A DNA stretch of 64,000 nucleotides from Candidatus Nanosyncoccus sp. (lineage in GTDB: Bacteria; Patescibacteriota; Saccharimonadia; Saccharimonadales; Saccharimonadaceae). Of this stretch, positions 1 through 10,471 are shown piece after piece. The stretch lies in the NCBI GenBank assembly GCA_045530815.1, contig JAZSCU010000024.1, positions 65 through 64,064 of the forward strand. The letters run 5' to 3'. The notes below the pieces were generated by a model that had not been told where the DNA came from, searched no databases, and saw only the letters and a list, made by a program, of their open reading frames with translations. Position 1 is the stretch's first letter. Each line of letters begins with the position of its first letter. A program made the position numbers and the translations under genes.

Positions 1-38
1 AAGCCAAAGATGACCTAGATGAGGAAGACGACTTCGCT

Positions 39-1400
39 ATGGATCCATTAAATAATAAAAAATCCAAAAAACCTAAGAAAAAAATCTCTAAAAAACGCAA
101 AATTATTACCATAGTTATTTTATCTATCGTATCTATTTTAATTATTGGTGTTATTTGGTTTATTCTTTGGGGTAATGACATTATTGCAAAAATCACCGGT
201 GGTCAAGGCAACGTTATGGATCTTCTTTTCCAATCCGAAACATATGAACCTCTAAAAACCGACGGAAACGGTCGCACTAATATTTTGGCCATTGGTACTA
301 GCGGCTACAACATGGAAGGAGACGAAGGCAACGGTGTTCACGACGGTGCTCAACTTACAGACTCTATTATGGTTATTAGCTTAAATCAAGAAACTGGCGA
401 CCTTGCCATGCTTTCCCTTCCTCGCGACTTAAAAGTCTCCCGTACTTGTACCGCTACCGGTAAAATAAACGAAATCTACTGGTGTAATAATATGGATGGT
501 AATGATGAAGCTGCTGGTAACCAAGCCATCATGGATGAAGTTGGCGAAATTCTCGGTATAGAATTCCAATACTACGTTCACGTTAACTGGGGATCCCTTA
601 TTAATATTGTCGATACCCTAGGTGGCATTACTATTACCCTAGATGAAGATATCGAAGATTATGGCTATACCGGCGCCGTATATGAAGCTGGCATACCATA
701 TACCTTAAATGGTGAAGATGCTCTCGGTCTTGCTCGTGCCCGCCATGGTACTGCTAGTGGTGATTTTTCCCGCGGTGCTTCTCAACAAAAAATTCTTATT
801 GGTATCAAAGATAAGCTCCTAGAAAAATCCCTTTCTATTCCCGAACTCTTAAGCCTAGCCAGTACTCTTGGTGATAATCTCCGCACTAACTTTTCTATCG
901 ACGAGCTCAAAACTTTTGCTCATCTTCTTAGCGATTTTGACCTTAACAATATGCGCCAAATTTCCCTCATTGAACCAGAAAAACTGATGACTACGGGTAA
1001 TATTGACGGCATCTCATATGTCATACCCTCTGCCGGTGTTGGTAATTATACCAAAATCCAAACCTATATCGAAAAGATGTTTTCTAATGATCCACGCGAT
1101 TATGAAGATGCTACAATTCTCGTCCTAAACGGCACTGACACACCAGGACTTGCCAGCACAGAACAATCAAATCTAGAAGAAGATGGCTATAATAACATAG
1201 ATATAGACGATGCACCTGAGGGTGAATATACTGATAAATACACTCTCTACTCTCTCTCCGATACTGCTCCAGGCACCAAAAAACTCCTAGAAGAAAAATA
1301 TAATATATCAGCAAAAACCCTCGAAGAGCTTCCAGAAAGCATCGACACCACCTATAACTTTGTCATTATTATAGGAAATGACAATAAGTCAGATAATTAA
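39..1400 (+). CDS. LCP (LytR-CpsA-Psr) family cell-wall glycopolymer transferase with LytR C-terminal domain
   Basis: Basic N-terminus plus one TM helix; LCP motifs NILAIG, TDSIMV, LSLPRD, KINE, ARARH..GDFSRGASQQ; C-terminal VLNGT..GLA motif. Confidence 0.9.
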   Translation: MDPLNNKKSKKPKKKISKKRKIITIVILSIVSILIIGVIWFILWGNDIIAKITGGQGNVMDLLFQSETYEPLKTDGNGRTNILAIGTSGYNMEGDEGNGVHDGAQLTDSIMVISLNQETGDLAMLSLPRDLKVSRTCTATGKINEIYWCNNMDGNDEAAGNQAIMDEVGEILGIEFQYYVHVNWGSLINIVDTLGGITITLDEDIEDYGYTGAVYEAGIPYTLNGEDALGLARARHGTASGDFSRGASQQKILIGIKDKLLEKSLSIPELLSLASTLGDNLRTNFSIDELKTFAHLLSDFDLNNMRQISLIEPEKLMTTGNIDGISYVIPSAGVGNYTKIQTYIEKMFSNDPRDYEDATILVLNGTDTPGLASTEQSNLEEDGYNNIDIDDAPEGEYTDKYTLYSLSDTAPGTKKLLEEKYNISAKTLEELPESIDTTYNFVIIIGNDNKSDN

Positions 1401-1420
1401 TAATAAATTTTTGAAACATT

Positions 1421-1527
1421 TAAAACTGCCCGATAAAAATTACAACAGTCACGGGCGAGTAGCCGGTACTGAAATACCGGGACGAGCCCGCCTGAGCTGT
1501 TGTAATTTTTATGCGGCGCAAGTTTTA
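1421..1527. repeat. Rod-shaped imperfect palindrome between convergent genes (probably also a bidirectional terminator)
   Basis: Perfect 14-bp stem AAAAATTACAACAG (1435-1448)/CTGTTGTAATTTTT (1497-1510); inner CCGGTA/TACCGG and CGGGC/GCCCG; outer TAAAACT/AGTTTTA. Confidence 0.8.
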
Positions 1528-1546
1528 GCGTTAAAAAAATTTATTA

Positions 1547-2005
1547 TTAATTAACCTTGCTTATTATCAATTTTCTTTCACGCCCTTCCCCCTCCGAGTG
1601 TGTTTCGATATCTGAATAATCCACCGCCACCTTATGTACGATCCTTCTATCAGCCGCATTAAGATTTATTTCCATTGGTTCTCCGGTGCGTCGCACTTTC
1701 TCAATCCACCCCTCCGCTTTTTCGGTGATTCTATCTGCACGTTGTTTTTTATAGTTTGCTACATCAACATTTACTCGTGTCACCTCTGCCTCTTTTGAGA
1801 CTAGCGCCATTGATACAATATGTTGCAAAGCTCTAAGGTTGTCCGCATTTCGTCCAATCAAAAGTGAATTCAAAGATGTTGATGGTACTGATAATTGAAT
1901 TACCTCGTCGTCAATCGTCGAAGTCACTGCCACATTAATTCCAAAAAAACTCAGCAGGTCTTCCAAATATTTTTCGGCAAACCTAATTGATTCATCTTTA
2001 TTCAT
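1547..2005 (-). CDS. jag: Jag/KhpB RNA-binding protein (KH + R3H), short form
   Basis: LLIGRNADNLRALQH KH motif, RRIVH R3H motif; follows yidC. Confidence 0.88.
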   Translation of the reverse strand: MNKDESIRFAEKYLEDLLSFFGINVAVTSTIDDEVIQLSVPSTSLNSLLIGRNADNLRALQHIVSMALVSKEAEVTRVNVDVANYKKQRADRITEKAEGWIEKVRRTGEPMEINLNAADRRIVHKVAVDYSDIETHSEGEGRERKLIISKVN

Positions 2006-2009
2006 ATTA

Positions 2010-3119
2010 TTATCTCCTTTTCTTTTTATTATCTTTTGCGGAGATACGAGTTATTTTTGTTCCTGTTTTTTTATTTTTTACCACCTCAGCTTCTTGAATC
2101 TTATTAAGTTCCTTCAAAACCGCCTTATCAGTCATCGCATCAATCTCCGAATCAACCTTCTTTAATACAATTCTCTGCTGAATAACTGTGATAATATTAC
2201 TTAAGAAATAATAAAATGCCAATGCCCCGTTAAGGTTAAACATGATAAAGAACATCATGAGTGGCATCATAAACGACATCTGCCCAGTCGCAAACCCTGC
2301 AACCTCGGAATCATCAATCTCTTTACCATCTTTAGCATCCTTAATAAGCTCACGGAATTTCTTTTTCTTCTCGGATTTTCCAGACGGCATCTGCTGCTTG
2401 GTTGCAAAGTACTGTACTACCGAAGCCATAATCGCACACATTAATATAAACAATGCACTCCAAGAAAATCTGCTAGAAAATACTTCACTAGCCTTTACAT
2501 CTAACCTTATCACTCCAAATAACATAGGATAAAAATCATATTTTGTTTTTTCTTCTGCCGGAATATCTTCATTCGTAAGATCAGCTAAATATATTTTTTG
2601 TTTCTCTTCTAAATTTCTAATCTCCGATCCTTCATAAGCAACAATTTCGTATGCTCGGTTTGTTAAATTATCTGTCGGCATCGGTGTAGCAATTACCCTA
2701 ATTGCTGAAAAAATTGCAATAAAGATAGGAAGTTGTATAATTAAAGTAATAATAGAAGCAAATGGTTTTACATTATATCTCTTATAGAGATCCATTGTTT
2801 GTAGAGATTCTAATTGTTTGTTTCCTTTGCAATTTTTCTTAATCTGCGTCAATTCTGGCTGTAATTTTCGCATTAATTTAGTTTGATTTAATTGTCTCTT
2901 AGTAAGAGGCCACATACATAGTTTTACTAGTATTGTAAATATAATAATAGCAAGACCAAAATCATGTACGAGATTAAATATTACAAACAAAATATTTACA
3001 ATCGGGCGCACAATAATCATATCAATAAAATTAAATGGGCTCCCTGTCGCAATTGAACCAGCCACAAAAATAGCTAAAATTCCAAGATATATATATTTTT
3101 TCACACTCTTTTTATCCAT
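2010..3119 (-). CDS. yidC: Membrane protein insertase YidC/Oxa1
   Basis: FGLAIIIFTILVKLCMWPL, LQPEL, QLPIF, LAFYYFLSNII..IQQ; rnpA-yidC-jag order. Confidence 0.93.
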   Translation of the reverse strand: MDKKSVKKYIYLGILAIFVAGSIATGSPFNFIDMIIVRPIVNILFVIFNLVHDFGLAIIIFTILVKLCMWPLTKRQLNQTKLMRKLQPELTQIKKNCKGNKQLESLQTMDLYKRYNVKPFASIITLIIQLPIFIAIFSAIRVIATPMPTDNLTNRAYEIVAYEGSEIRNLEEKQKIYLADLTNEDIPAEEKTKYDFYPMLFGVIRLDVKASEVFSSRFSWSALFILMCAIMASVVQYFATKQQMPSGKSEKKKKFRELIKDAKDGKEIDDSEVAGFATGQMSFMMPLMMFFIMFNLNGALAFYYFLSNIITVIQQRIVLKKVDSEIDAMTDKAVLKELNKIQEAEVVKNKKTGTKITRISAKDNKKKRR

Positions 3120-3168
3120 TCATCTAATTATACCACACCAAATATATAACTCCAAACACCTACTCTTT

Positions 3169-3510
3169 TTAAGATATTTGACTTTCCTTTACTAATTTAC
3201 CTACCATCTTTGTAAGCTCAGTAAAATCCATCTTCATCACGTCCTTAGAATAAATAACAAAAATATAATCTGTTTTTTTAGGGATACTATCAATATTAAG
3301 CCTCAGTATTTCATAAACTCTTCTTCTGATTCGATTTCTCCCTACTGCAGATTTTTCAACTTTTTTTGACACCACCACTGCCATCCGTGTAAAACCTTTA
3401 TTATTCGGTGTAAAAACAAGTGACATCTTCGAAGCCCGAATTGTCTTCCCTTTTTGATACACATATCTCACGCCCCCTCGTGAATGAAACCGATATTTTT
3501 TACTAAGCAC
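3169..3510 (-). CDS. rnpA: Ribonuclease P protein component
   Basis: [22 protein letters not shown] motif; GTG start overlaps the rpmH end. Confidence 0.95.
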   Translation of the reverse strand: MLSKKYRFHSRGGVRYVYQKGKTIRASKMSLVFTPNNKGFTRMAVVVSKKVEKSAVGRNRIRRRVYEILRLNIDSIPKKTDYIFVIYSKDVMKMDFTELTKMVGKLVKESQIS

Positions 3511-3640
3511 TGAGTCTTGCCCGCCCCTTAATACGGCGACGTGCTAAAACCTTTCGCCCATTTCTTGTCGCGTTTCTTTTCATGAAACCATGTTCAACTT
3601 TGCGTTGTTTCTTATGTGGCTGATACGTCCTCTTTGGCAT
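3503..3640 (-). CDS. rpmH: 50S ribosomal protein L34 (45 aa, not in the ORF track)
   Basis: Hand translation [45 protein letters not shown]; divergent from dnaA. Confidence 0.96.
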   Translation of the reverse strand: MPKRTYQPHKKQRKVEHGFMKRNATRNGRKVLARRRIKGRARLSA

Positions 3641-3697
3641 AAAATATTATTCCTTAAACTTTATTTTTTTACAAATTCTTTATATAGTATACCTCAT

Positions 3698-3825
3698 TTT
3701 TCCACAATTTTCAAGCAGTTTTCCACAATATTTTTAGGGGTTAGTTATTTTCTGTGGAAAACTCCGCCTCTAATTTCAGATTTACATATTACAACATATT
3801 ATTTCCACAAAAAACCTGTGGAAAA
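3698..3825. promoter_or_regulatory. DnaA-box cluster upstream of dnaA (oriC-like or autoregulatory)
   Basis: TTTTCCACA at 3698 and 3719, TGTGGAAAA at 3753 and 3817, ATTTCCACA at 3801. Confidence 0.8.
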
Positions 3826-3870
3826 CTTTCATCTTCGTGCTATAATTAAGAAAAGGAGGCAACACTAAAA

Positions 3871-5229
3871 ATGTACGACGTATGGCAAAACGCCCTAGCT
3901 GAAATCGAGCAAAAAATTTCCCCAGCCAATTTTTCCACTTGGTTTCAAAACACTTCCCTTGTTTCTGCTGAACAAGACCACATTATTATTAGTGTTAAAA
4001 ATACTTTTTACGTCAAACAACTCAAAAACAGATATTTAGATATAATCAAAACTGCCCTTATCAATAATAATTTAAACCCTAAAGAAATTGAATTTGTCGT
4101 CCAAAGTAACAACAAAACTAAACTCCGCCCCCGCGAAGTCACCATTACTAGCCCCGAAATAAAAAAACACACCAATAAGTTTAGATCTTCCCTAGAATCT
4201 AATCATAACGAGACAGGACTCAACCAAAAGTATACTCTTGATAATTTTATTATCGGCTCCAATAATGATTTAGCAGTTTCCGCAGCTAAAAGCATTATTG
4301 ACAACCCTGGCTCCAAATATAACCCCTTCTTTCTTTATGGTGGACCAGGTCTTGGTAAAACCCACCTTGTTCAAGCTATTGGTAATGAACTGCTCAAAAA
4401 GGATCCTAATCTTAAAGTTTTTTACACTCCAATCTCACACTTTTATTCAGATTTTATTGATTCGGTAAAACTAGGTAAAGGAAAAGAATTTAATCTTAAA
4501 TTTCGTAAGTTGGATGTCCTTATTATTGATGATTTTCAGTTTATAGTTAATAAAGAAAAATCCCAAGAAGAATTTTTTAATATTTTTAATGACCTCTATC
4601 AATTAAATAAACAAATAATTGTTACCTCAGACCGGCTCCCAAGCCAAATTAAAACCGTTGATGAACGTCTAGCTTCACGTCTTACAATGGGTGGCGCTTT
4701 TGACCTCCAACTCCCCAAATTTGAAGACAAATGTGCAATTTTGCGCGCTAAAGCCGAAATCATGGGTGCAGAAATTGAACCAGAGGCTATAGAATATATC
4801 GCCGAAAACGTCACTACTAATATTCGCGACCTCGAAGGTGAATTTTCTACTATTCTCCTCATGTCTGAAGTTCGCGGCCTTACTCCATTAGAACTTATCG
4901 AAAACGGCTCCGTATCGGTTAATAAAACATCCAAACTCCGCCCTGTTTCCCCTAAACAGGTAGTTGAAAAAGTCGCTAAATACTATGATCTTTCAGTTAA
5001 AGAAATGTGTGGTAAATCTCGTGTTTCTCATATTAAAACCGCCCGTCAAATCGCTATGTTTCTCTTATCAAAAGAACTTCATCTAAGTACTAATAAAATA
5101 GCCCTTGAAGTAGGTGTAAAAGATCATACCACTGTAATGCATGGTGTTAAAAAGATCGAAAAAGACCTTAAATTAAATTTCATTCTTCGCGACCAAATCG
5201 AAGAAATCAAGGAGAAAATTTATGGTTAA
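3871..5229 (+). CDS. dnaA: Chromosomal replication initiator DnaA
   Basis: YNPFFLYGGPGLGKTHL Walker A, LIIDDFQ, RLASR, KDHTTVMH; AGGAGG SD. Confidence 0.98.
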   Translation: MYDVWQNALAEIEQKISPANFSTWFQNTSLVSAEQDHIIISVKNTFYVKQLKNRYLDIIKTALINNNLNPKEIEFVVQSNNKTKLRPREVTITSPEIKKHTNKFRSSLESNHNETGLNQKYTLDNFIIGSNNDLAVSAAKSIIDNPGSKYNPFFLYGGPGLGKTHLVQAIGNELLKKDPNLKVFYTPISHFYSDFIDSVKLGKGKEFNLKFRKLDVLIIDDFQFIVNKEKSQEEFFNIFNDLYQLNKQIIVTSDRLPSQIKTVDERLASRLTMGGAFDLQLPKFEDKCAILRAKAEIMGAEIEPEAIEYIAENVTTNIRDLEGEFSTILLMSEVRGLTPLELIENGSVSVNKTSKLRPVSPKQVVEKVAKYYDLSVKEMCGKSRVSHIKTARQIAMFLLSKELHLSTNKIALEVGVKDHTTVMHGVKKIEKDLKLNFILRDQIEEIKEKIYG

Positions 5230-5232
5230 CAA

Positions 5233-5422
5233 TGTGGAAAAAATGCGAAAAACTCAGTTTAAAACATTGCGAAAAATAAGCGCAAAAAATTGTGTAAAAA
5301 TTTTCTTTTTAAATTCTATGTGTAAAAAATCCACTTTTTCACACACTTTTCCAAGCTTTCACACCACATTATCCACCATTTTCTTACCCCTGTTTAAACC
5401 AAAGCTTTTCCACTATTCCACA
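5233..5422. promoter_or_regulatory. DnaA-box cluster in the dnaA-dnaN spacer (second half of a bipartite oriC-like region)
   Basis: TGTGGAAAA 5233, TGTGTAAAA 5291 and 5319, TTTTTCACA 5335, TTATCCACC 5369, TTTTCCACT 5406, TATTCCACA 5414, then an AT-rich tract. Confidence 0.75.
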
Positions 5423-5467
5423 ACCCCTACTATAACAACTACTTAATAAATAATAGAAAGGATTAAA

Positions 5468-6568
5468 ATGAAAATAAAAGTTTCACAAGAAAAGTTAAGT
5501 AAAGCCCTAAATAATGTAAGTAGAATAGCAATTGGTAAAGTAACTCTACCTATATTAAATAATGTATTAATAAGAGTAGATAAGAAAAAAGTTTCCCTCA
5601 CCACTACCAACTTAGATATGGCAGTAGTTGATTTCTTACCAGTCTCTAATTCAGAAGATGGAGTAGTTACCATACCAGCAAAACTTTTAGCTGAATTTGT
5701 CTCTAACCTTCCCAAAGGTGAAACCGTCGAAATAGAATCTAAAGATACAAAAGTAACAATCACTTCCGGTAAATATTCTTCCACGATTAATGGGAGCCTA
5801 GCGGATGATTTCCCAGAACTTCCAGAAATAGATGAAAAATCTGCAGTTATATATAAAATTAATGTGGATGAATTTAAAACCAGCCTAAGCCAAGTGATTA
5901 TTGCAAGTTCTAATGATCTAACTCGTCCTGCTCTAACTGGAGTATATTTTAATACTAATAATAACACTCTTGCTATAGCTGCTACTGATGGTTATCGTCT
6001 CGCAGAGAAAAAACTAATCGAAAAAGTCGAAAGCGAAGTAAAAGCAATTGTTCCAGCAAGCTCACTTCAAGAAGTCCTTCGTTCCCTCTCGGATGATATC
6101 GAAGAAGTAGAAATATCTTTCAATGAAGATTTAGTACGTTTTAGAATGGGTGAAATAGAAGTTATTTCTAAACTTATAGATGCTAGTTTTCCAGATTATC
6201 AAAAACTTATCCCCAAAAACAACGATATAGAAGTCACAATTAATCGTGAAGAGTTAATTAGAGTTACTCGCCTCGCTGCACTCTTTTCTCGCTCGGTAGG
6301 CGGTTCTATTATTTGTGAAACTAAAGAGCCAGACACTTTTCTAGTTAAATCCATTGCTAATGAATTTGGTGAAAATGATTCAAAAATTGAAACTATTGTA
6401 AAAAAATCCGGCAAAGTAAATCTAAACTCCCGCTTTTTAATTGATGCTCTAAATGCATTCGATGAAAAAGAAATTGAATTTAGTTTTTCAAGCCATGTTA
6501 CTCCTATTCTTCTTAAAAATAAGAAAAATAGTAAATATACTCATATCGTAATGCCATTAAACTCATGA
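5468..6568 (+). CDS. dnaN: DNA polymerase III beta clamp
   Basis: PILNNVLI, TNLDMAV, ATDGYRLAE, FPDYQKLIP, HIVMPL; follows dnaA. Confidence 0.97.
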   Translation: MKIKVSQEKLSKALNNVSRIAIGKVTLPILNNVLIRVDKKKVSLTTTNLDMAVVDFLPVSNSEDGVVTIPAKLLAEFVSNLPKGETVEIESKDTKVTITSGKYSSTINGSLADDFPELPEIDEKSAVIYKINVDEFKTSLSQVIIASSNDLTRPALTGVYFNTNNNTLAIAATDGYRLAEKKLIEKVESEVKAIVPASSLQEVLRSLSDDIEEVEISFNEDLVRFRMGEIEVISKLIDASFPDYQKLIPKNNDIEVTINREELIRVTRLAALFSRSVGGSIICETKEPDTFLVKSIANEFGENDSKIETIVKKSGKVNLNSRFLIDALNAFDEKEIEFSFSSHVTPILLKNKKNSKYTHIVMPLNS

Positions 6569-7566
6569 TAATAAAATCCATCAAACTAAAAAACTTTCGT
6601 AACCACTCAGAATATTTTTTGGAATGTAAAGATGAAACTTCACTTATTTTAGGTAAAAATGGCTGCGGTAAAACTTCAGTACTTGAAGCAATTTATATTC
6701 TAACTCGGGGTAAAAGCTTCCGTGCTACCGATATAGAAATATTAAAAAGGGACCAAGAATATTATAGGATTGAACTTGAATTTACTAACGGCGAAAAAAT
6801 TCTTGCAACCTTTGATGGTAAAACTAAAAGTTTTTCTATTTTGGATAAAAAAACCCGCCGTTTACCCAAAAATCATAAATACCCAGTTATATTATTTTTA
6901 CCGTCTGATTTAAATTTAATTAGCCATTCACCAGGACGACGTCGTGAATATTTTGATCGAATATTTAGCCAGTTTAATGAATTATATGCAGTAACCTTAT
7001 CAAAATATGAAAAATCCTTAAAACAACGCAATGAATTACTAAAAAAAGAAAATGTATCTACATTGGATGTTTTTTCTTGGGATATACTACTTGCAAATTA
7101 CGGTGCAAAAATACATCTTTTAAGAAAACAATATATTGATGAAATAAATAAACACCTTACCGATATTTATCGCAGTATCGCCAAAACGAAGGATGAAATA
7201 AATATTATCTATAAAACCGAACTAGACGATATTAGTAGTGATAAATATCTAAAAAAACTCGCCGAAAATTTTCAAAAAGATTTATATTTAGGACACACTT
7301 CTTTCGGTATCCATCGTGATGATTATATTTTTGAGTTTAATCATAAACTGGCCAACGGTTCTGCCTCACGTGGCGAATCGCGCTCAATAATTTTAGCTCT
7401 AAAATTCATCGAGGCAAATCTTATTTCAGAAAAACTTAATAAAAAACCGATTATTTTATTAGACGACGTGTTTTCGGAATTAGATGAAACAAGGAGAAAA
7501 TGTTTGGTTGATAATTTTAAAAATAACCAAGTAATAATTACTAGTGTAGAATATATAGATATTTAG
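6565..7566 (+). CDS. recF: DNA replication/repair protein RecF
   Basis: LKNFRNH, GKNGCGKTSVLEAI, RRREYFDR, GIHRDD, ASRGE, ILLDDVFSELD. Confidence 0.96.
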   Translation: MIIKSIKLKNFRNHSEYFLECKDETSLILGKNGCGKTSVLEAIYILTRGKSFRATDIEILKRDQEYYRIELEFTNGEKILATFDGKTKSFSILDKKTRRLPKNHKYPVILFLPSDLNLISHSPGRRREYFDRIFSQFNELYAVTLSKYEKSLKQRNELLKKENVSTLDVFSWDILLANYGAKIHLLRKQYIDEINKHLTDIYRSIAKTKDEINIIYKTELDDISSDKYLKKLAENFQKDLYLGHTSFGIHRDDYIFEFNHKLANGSASRGESRSIILALKFIEANLISEKLNKKPIILLDDVFSELDETRRKCLVDNFKNNQVIITSVEYIDI

Positions 7567-7617
7567 AAATTATTTTCCCCTATACTGTATCTTATAAAAT
7601 TTGTTATAATAAATAAG

Positions 7618-8778
7618 ATGTTAAAAATAGAGAAAATAATTCCTGGTGGGTTTGGTCTTAGTACCGATAAAGACGGACGTAAAGCTTTTTTATGGAATGC
7701 GCTTCCTGGTGAAAACGTTTTAGATTATGAAATCACCAAAAAGAAATCACACTATTTTGAAGCGGTTGCAAAAACTATTGAAAATAATTCCAAACATCGT
7801 GTAAGTCCTAAGGATAATATTTTTCTTTCTACTTCCCCGTGGCAGATTATGACTTATGAATATGAGTTACAAACAAAACAGGAGTTAGTAGTTGAATTAT
7901 TTAGAGAACATAATATTAGTATAGAAAAACCAGAAATTTTTACCGATCACAAAGACTACTTTTATCGCAACAAAATGGAATATTCCCTCTATTGGGATAT
8001 AGAAGAAGAAAAAATTAAACCCGCCTTTCGCATGCGTGGCTCCCACCGTAAAATACCAATAAATACCTCTTCTATTGAAAGACCAGAAATATTTGCCGCC
8101 GCTCAGAAAATAATTGATGATTTAAACTCTCGTGGCGAAGAAGCCCGCAAATATCAATCACTACTCTTACGCTGTGATAAAGATGGTAAGATTTCTGGTG
8201 GTCTTTATGAAAATCACAAACCCCACCCTATCTTCCCACCACTCACTGATCAAATTTTAGGTCATTCTTACTCTTATTCTCCAAATGGATTTTTCCAGAT
8301 AAATCTTCCAGTGTATGAAATGGCACTAAAAGAAATAAGAAAACAAATAAAAACCGACAAAGTTCTTGACCTCTATGCTGGTGTTGGTACTATTGGTCTA
8401 TCTGTTGCTAGAGATAAAGACCTCATCTTGGTTGAAGTCGATAAATCTGCCTACCAAGAACTACAAAAAAATTGTAAACAAGCCTCCCTAAATTTAGCCG
8501 ACGCAATCCTTGCACGTTCTGAAGATGTTTTAAATTATATTAACCCAGATCAGACCGTGATTATTGATCCTCCTCGTGCTGGCTGTGACCGCAAGCTAAT
8601 TGATCACCTAAACAAAACAAAGCCGAAAGTGGTTATATATTTATCCTGTAACCCAGCCACTCAAGCCCGCGACGTTAAAATGCTTCTTAGCAGCTACAAG
8701 ATTACAAATATTAAAACCTTTAATTTCTTCCCTCGTACACCTCATATCGAAAACCTCGTTATTTTAGAGTTGATATGA
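7618..8778 (+). CDS. RNA m5U methyltransferase, RlmD/TrmA family (TRAM-like N-terminus)
   Basis: [50 protein letters not shown]. Confidence 0.88.
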   Translation: MLKIEKIIPGGFGLSTDKDGRKAFLWNALPGENVLDYEITKKKSHYFEAVAKTIENNSKHRVSPKDNIFLSTSPWQIMTYEYELQTKQELVVELFREHNISIEKPEIFTDHKDYFYRNKMEYSLYWDIEEEKIKPAFRMRGSHRKIPINTSSIERPEIFAAAQKIIDDLNSRGEEARKYQSLLLRCDKDGKISGGLYENHKPHPIFPPLTDQILGHSYSYSPNGFFQINLPVYEMALKEIRKQIKTDKVLDLYAGVGTIGLSVARDKDLILVEVDKSAYQELQKNCKQASLNLADAILARSEDVLNYINPDQTVIIDPPRAGCDRKLIDHLNKTKPKVVIYLSCNPATQARDVKMLLSSYKITNIKTFNFFPRTPHIENLVILELI

Positions 8779-8795
8779 TATAATAAACAATAGAC

Positions 8796-8885
8796 GGAAG
8801 GGTGGCCGAGTGGTTTAAGGCGCACGCTTGGAAAGCGTGTGTGCGGGCAACCGTACCGCAAGTTCGAATCTTGTCCCTTCCGCCA
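8796..8885 (+). tRNA. tRNA-Ser(GGA)
   Basis: GGAAGGG/CCCTTCC acceptor stem, CACGC-TTGGAAA-GCGTG anticodon arm, long variable arm, TTCGAAT loop, encoded CCA. Confidence 0.97.
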
Positions 8886-8901
8886 TATTGATTATTTATT
8901 T

Positions 8902-9810
8902 ATGATTAGAACTGGAAAAAAATTTAGTAAACCCGAAATGTCGCGCGTTATCAACGGCGATTCTATTTTGCCGGAAGCTCCTGCAATAATTCCTAAAAAA
9001 CGCCTAGATTTGATGATGGTAGGCATTTATAAAAGTTATAATCGTTCTACTATTCAAAAATTTATCGAAAATGGTTTTGTTAAAGTAGATGGTGAACTCA
9101 TAACAAAACCTAACCAAAAATTCCCAGATGGTGTCAAAATTGATTTAAATGTTCCAGAAGACTTAAAAAATTCCGATGTTAAACCTAAAATTCTCTATGA
9201 AGATGAAAATTGTCTAGTGGTAGATAAACCAAATGGGCTTCTGAGTGAAGCAAAAGGCGAGTATTGTCCGGAGCGTACCTTGGCGGATTTCGGTTACATC
9301 GCCCACCGTCTAGATCGCGATACTTCGGGTGTGATGATTTTAGCCAAAAACGAAGAAACCCAAAAGTTTTTAAAAAAACAATTTCAAGCTCGCACCGTCC
9401 ACAAAACTTATTATGCTATCGTTGAGGGTACCCCTAAATTAGAAGAGGCACGTATTGATCTTCCACTTCTCCGTGACAAAAAGCGCCCTACCACCTTCCG
9501 AGTGGATCCGGGCGGTAAAGAATCCGAAACTTTTTATAAAGTCTTAAAGAGTAATGGTACTTATTCCCTTTTGGAGCTTCGCCCCACCACGGGACGTACT
9601 CATCAACTAAGAGTTCATATGAAATACCTTGGCCACCCCATTCTAGGTGATCCAGTATATGGTGACGAAAAGAAGACTAAAGAATCATCAGATATTACCG
9701 AACCAAAACGTCTCTATCTTCATGCTGGTAAACTCGAGATAACTCTACCAGGTGGTAAACGAGTTACTTTTGAGTCAAAGATCCCCAAGGATTTTAACGA
9801 TGTTTTTTGA
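8902..9810 (+). CDS. RluA/RluD family 23S rRNA pseudouridine synthase with S4 domain
   Basis: RLD..S4 motif, VVDKPNGL, HRLDRDTSG, TGRTHQLRVH, GHPILGD; start moved to ATG 8902 because the track start lies inside the tRNA. Confidence 0.92.
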   Translation: MIRTGKKFSKPEMSRVINGDSILPEAPAIIPKKRLDLMMVGIYKSYNRSTIQKFIENGFVKVDGELITKPNQKFPDGVKIDLNVPEDLKNSDVKPKILYEDENCLVVDKPNGLLSEAKGEYCPERTLADFGYIAHRLDRDTSGVMILAKNEETQKFLKKQFQARTVHKTYYAIVEGTPKLEEARIDLPLLRDKKRPTTFRVDPGGKESETFYKVLKSNGTYSLLELRPTTGRTHQLRVHMKYLGHPILGDPVYGDEKKTKESSDITEPKRLYLHAGKLEITLPGGKRVTFESKIPKDFNDVF

Positions 9811-10462
9811 TAATATTTCTCAAATTTCTGAAATCGCCAGCCGAACCGGTACCTCCATCTTTGTTTTACCAAACACTTTAACCATTACAATTAAAAATGC
9901 CATAATTTTAGAGCCTCAAGAAAAATCCGTTATTACTATTGATCAAATTCGTGGTGTCCTAGCTAGACTAAATGTAAAACAATCAAAAGATCAATATATT
10001 ATTATCCGCCCAGCCGATAAAATGAATGAGGAAGCGGCAAACGCATTCCTTAAAAATCTTGAAGAACCAGGTAGTCATACTCATTTTATCCTAATCACGG
10101 ATTCTCCATCCAAACTACTTCCTACTATCTTAAGTCGTGCCTCAATCTATTTTTTGCGTGAAAAAAACTCATCAGATAGTGAAATTATTGCTGACCCCAA
10201 AATTAAGGAACTTGCCAAAAAACTTATTACCGCATCCCCCGCTGATTTACCGTCTTTGGCCGAAGAAATAACCAAGAAAAAACAAGGTGTTAGAGAATAT
10301 ACCCTCTTAGTTCTTAGTGTAGCTATCGAAATGCTCTATAAATCTTATTACATCACAAGAAAACCAGCCTTTCTTTTAAAACTCCCCAGGTTTTTTAAAA
10401 CCTACGAGAATATTGAAAAAAATGGCCACATAAAACTACATCTTGTAGCCGATTTATGCTAA
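9800..10462 (+). CDS. holB: DNA polymerase III delta-prime (HolB)-like, N-terminally shortened
   Basis: ITIDQIR, ADKMNEEAANAFLKNLEEP, LLPTILSR; ATG overlaps the upstream stop. Confidence 0.75.
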   Translation: MFFDNISQISEIASRTGTSIFVLPNTLTITIKNAIILEPQEKSVITIDQIRGVLARLNVKQSKDQYIIIRPADKMNEEAANAFLKNLEEPGSHTHFILITDSPSKLLPTILSRASIYFLREKNSSDSEIIADPKIKELAKKLITASPADLPSLAEEITKKKQGVREYTLLVLSVAIEMLYKSYYITRKPAFLLKLPRFFKTYENIEKNGHIKLHLVADLC

Positions 10463-10471
10463 AATAATCAT

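Noticed and set aside
6566-9810. Alternative genetic code (TGA recoded, as in Gracilibacteria/SR1)
   Set aside because: TGA cleanly ends dnaN (6568) and the RluA-family gene (9810) at the expected C-termini, and conserved genes are uninterrupted.
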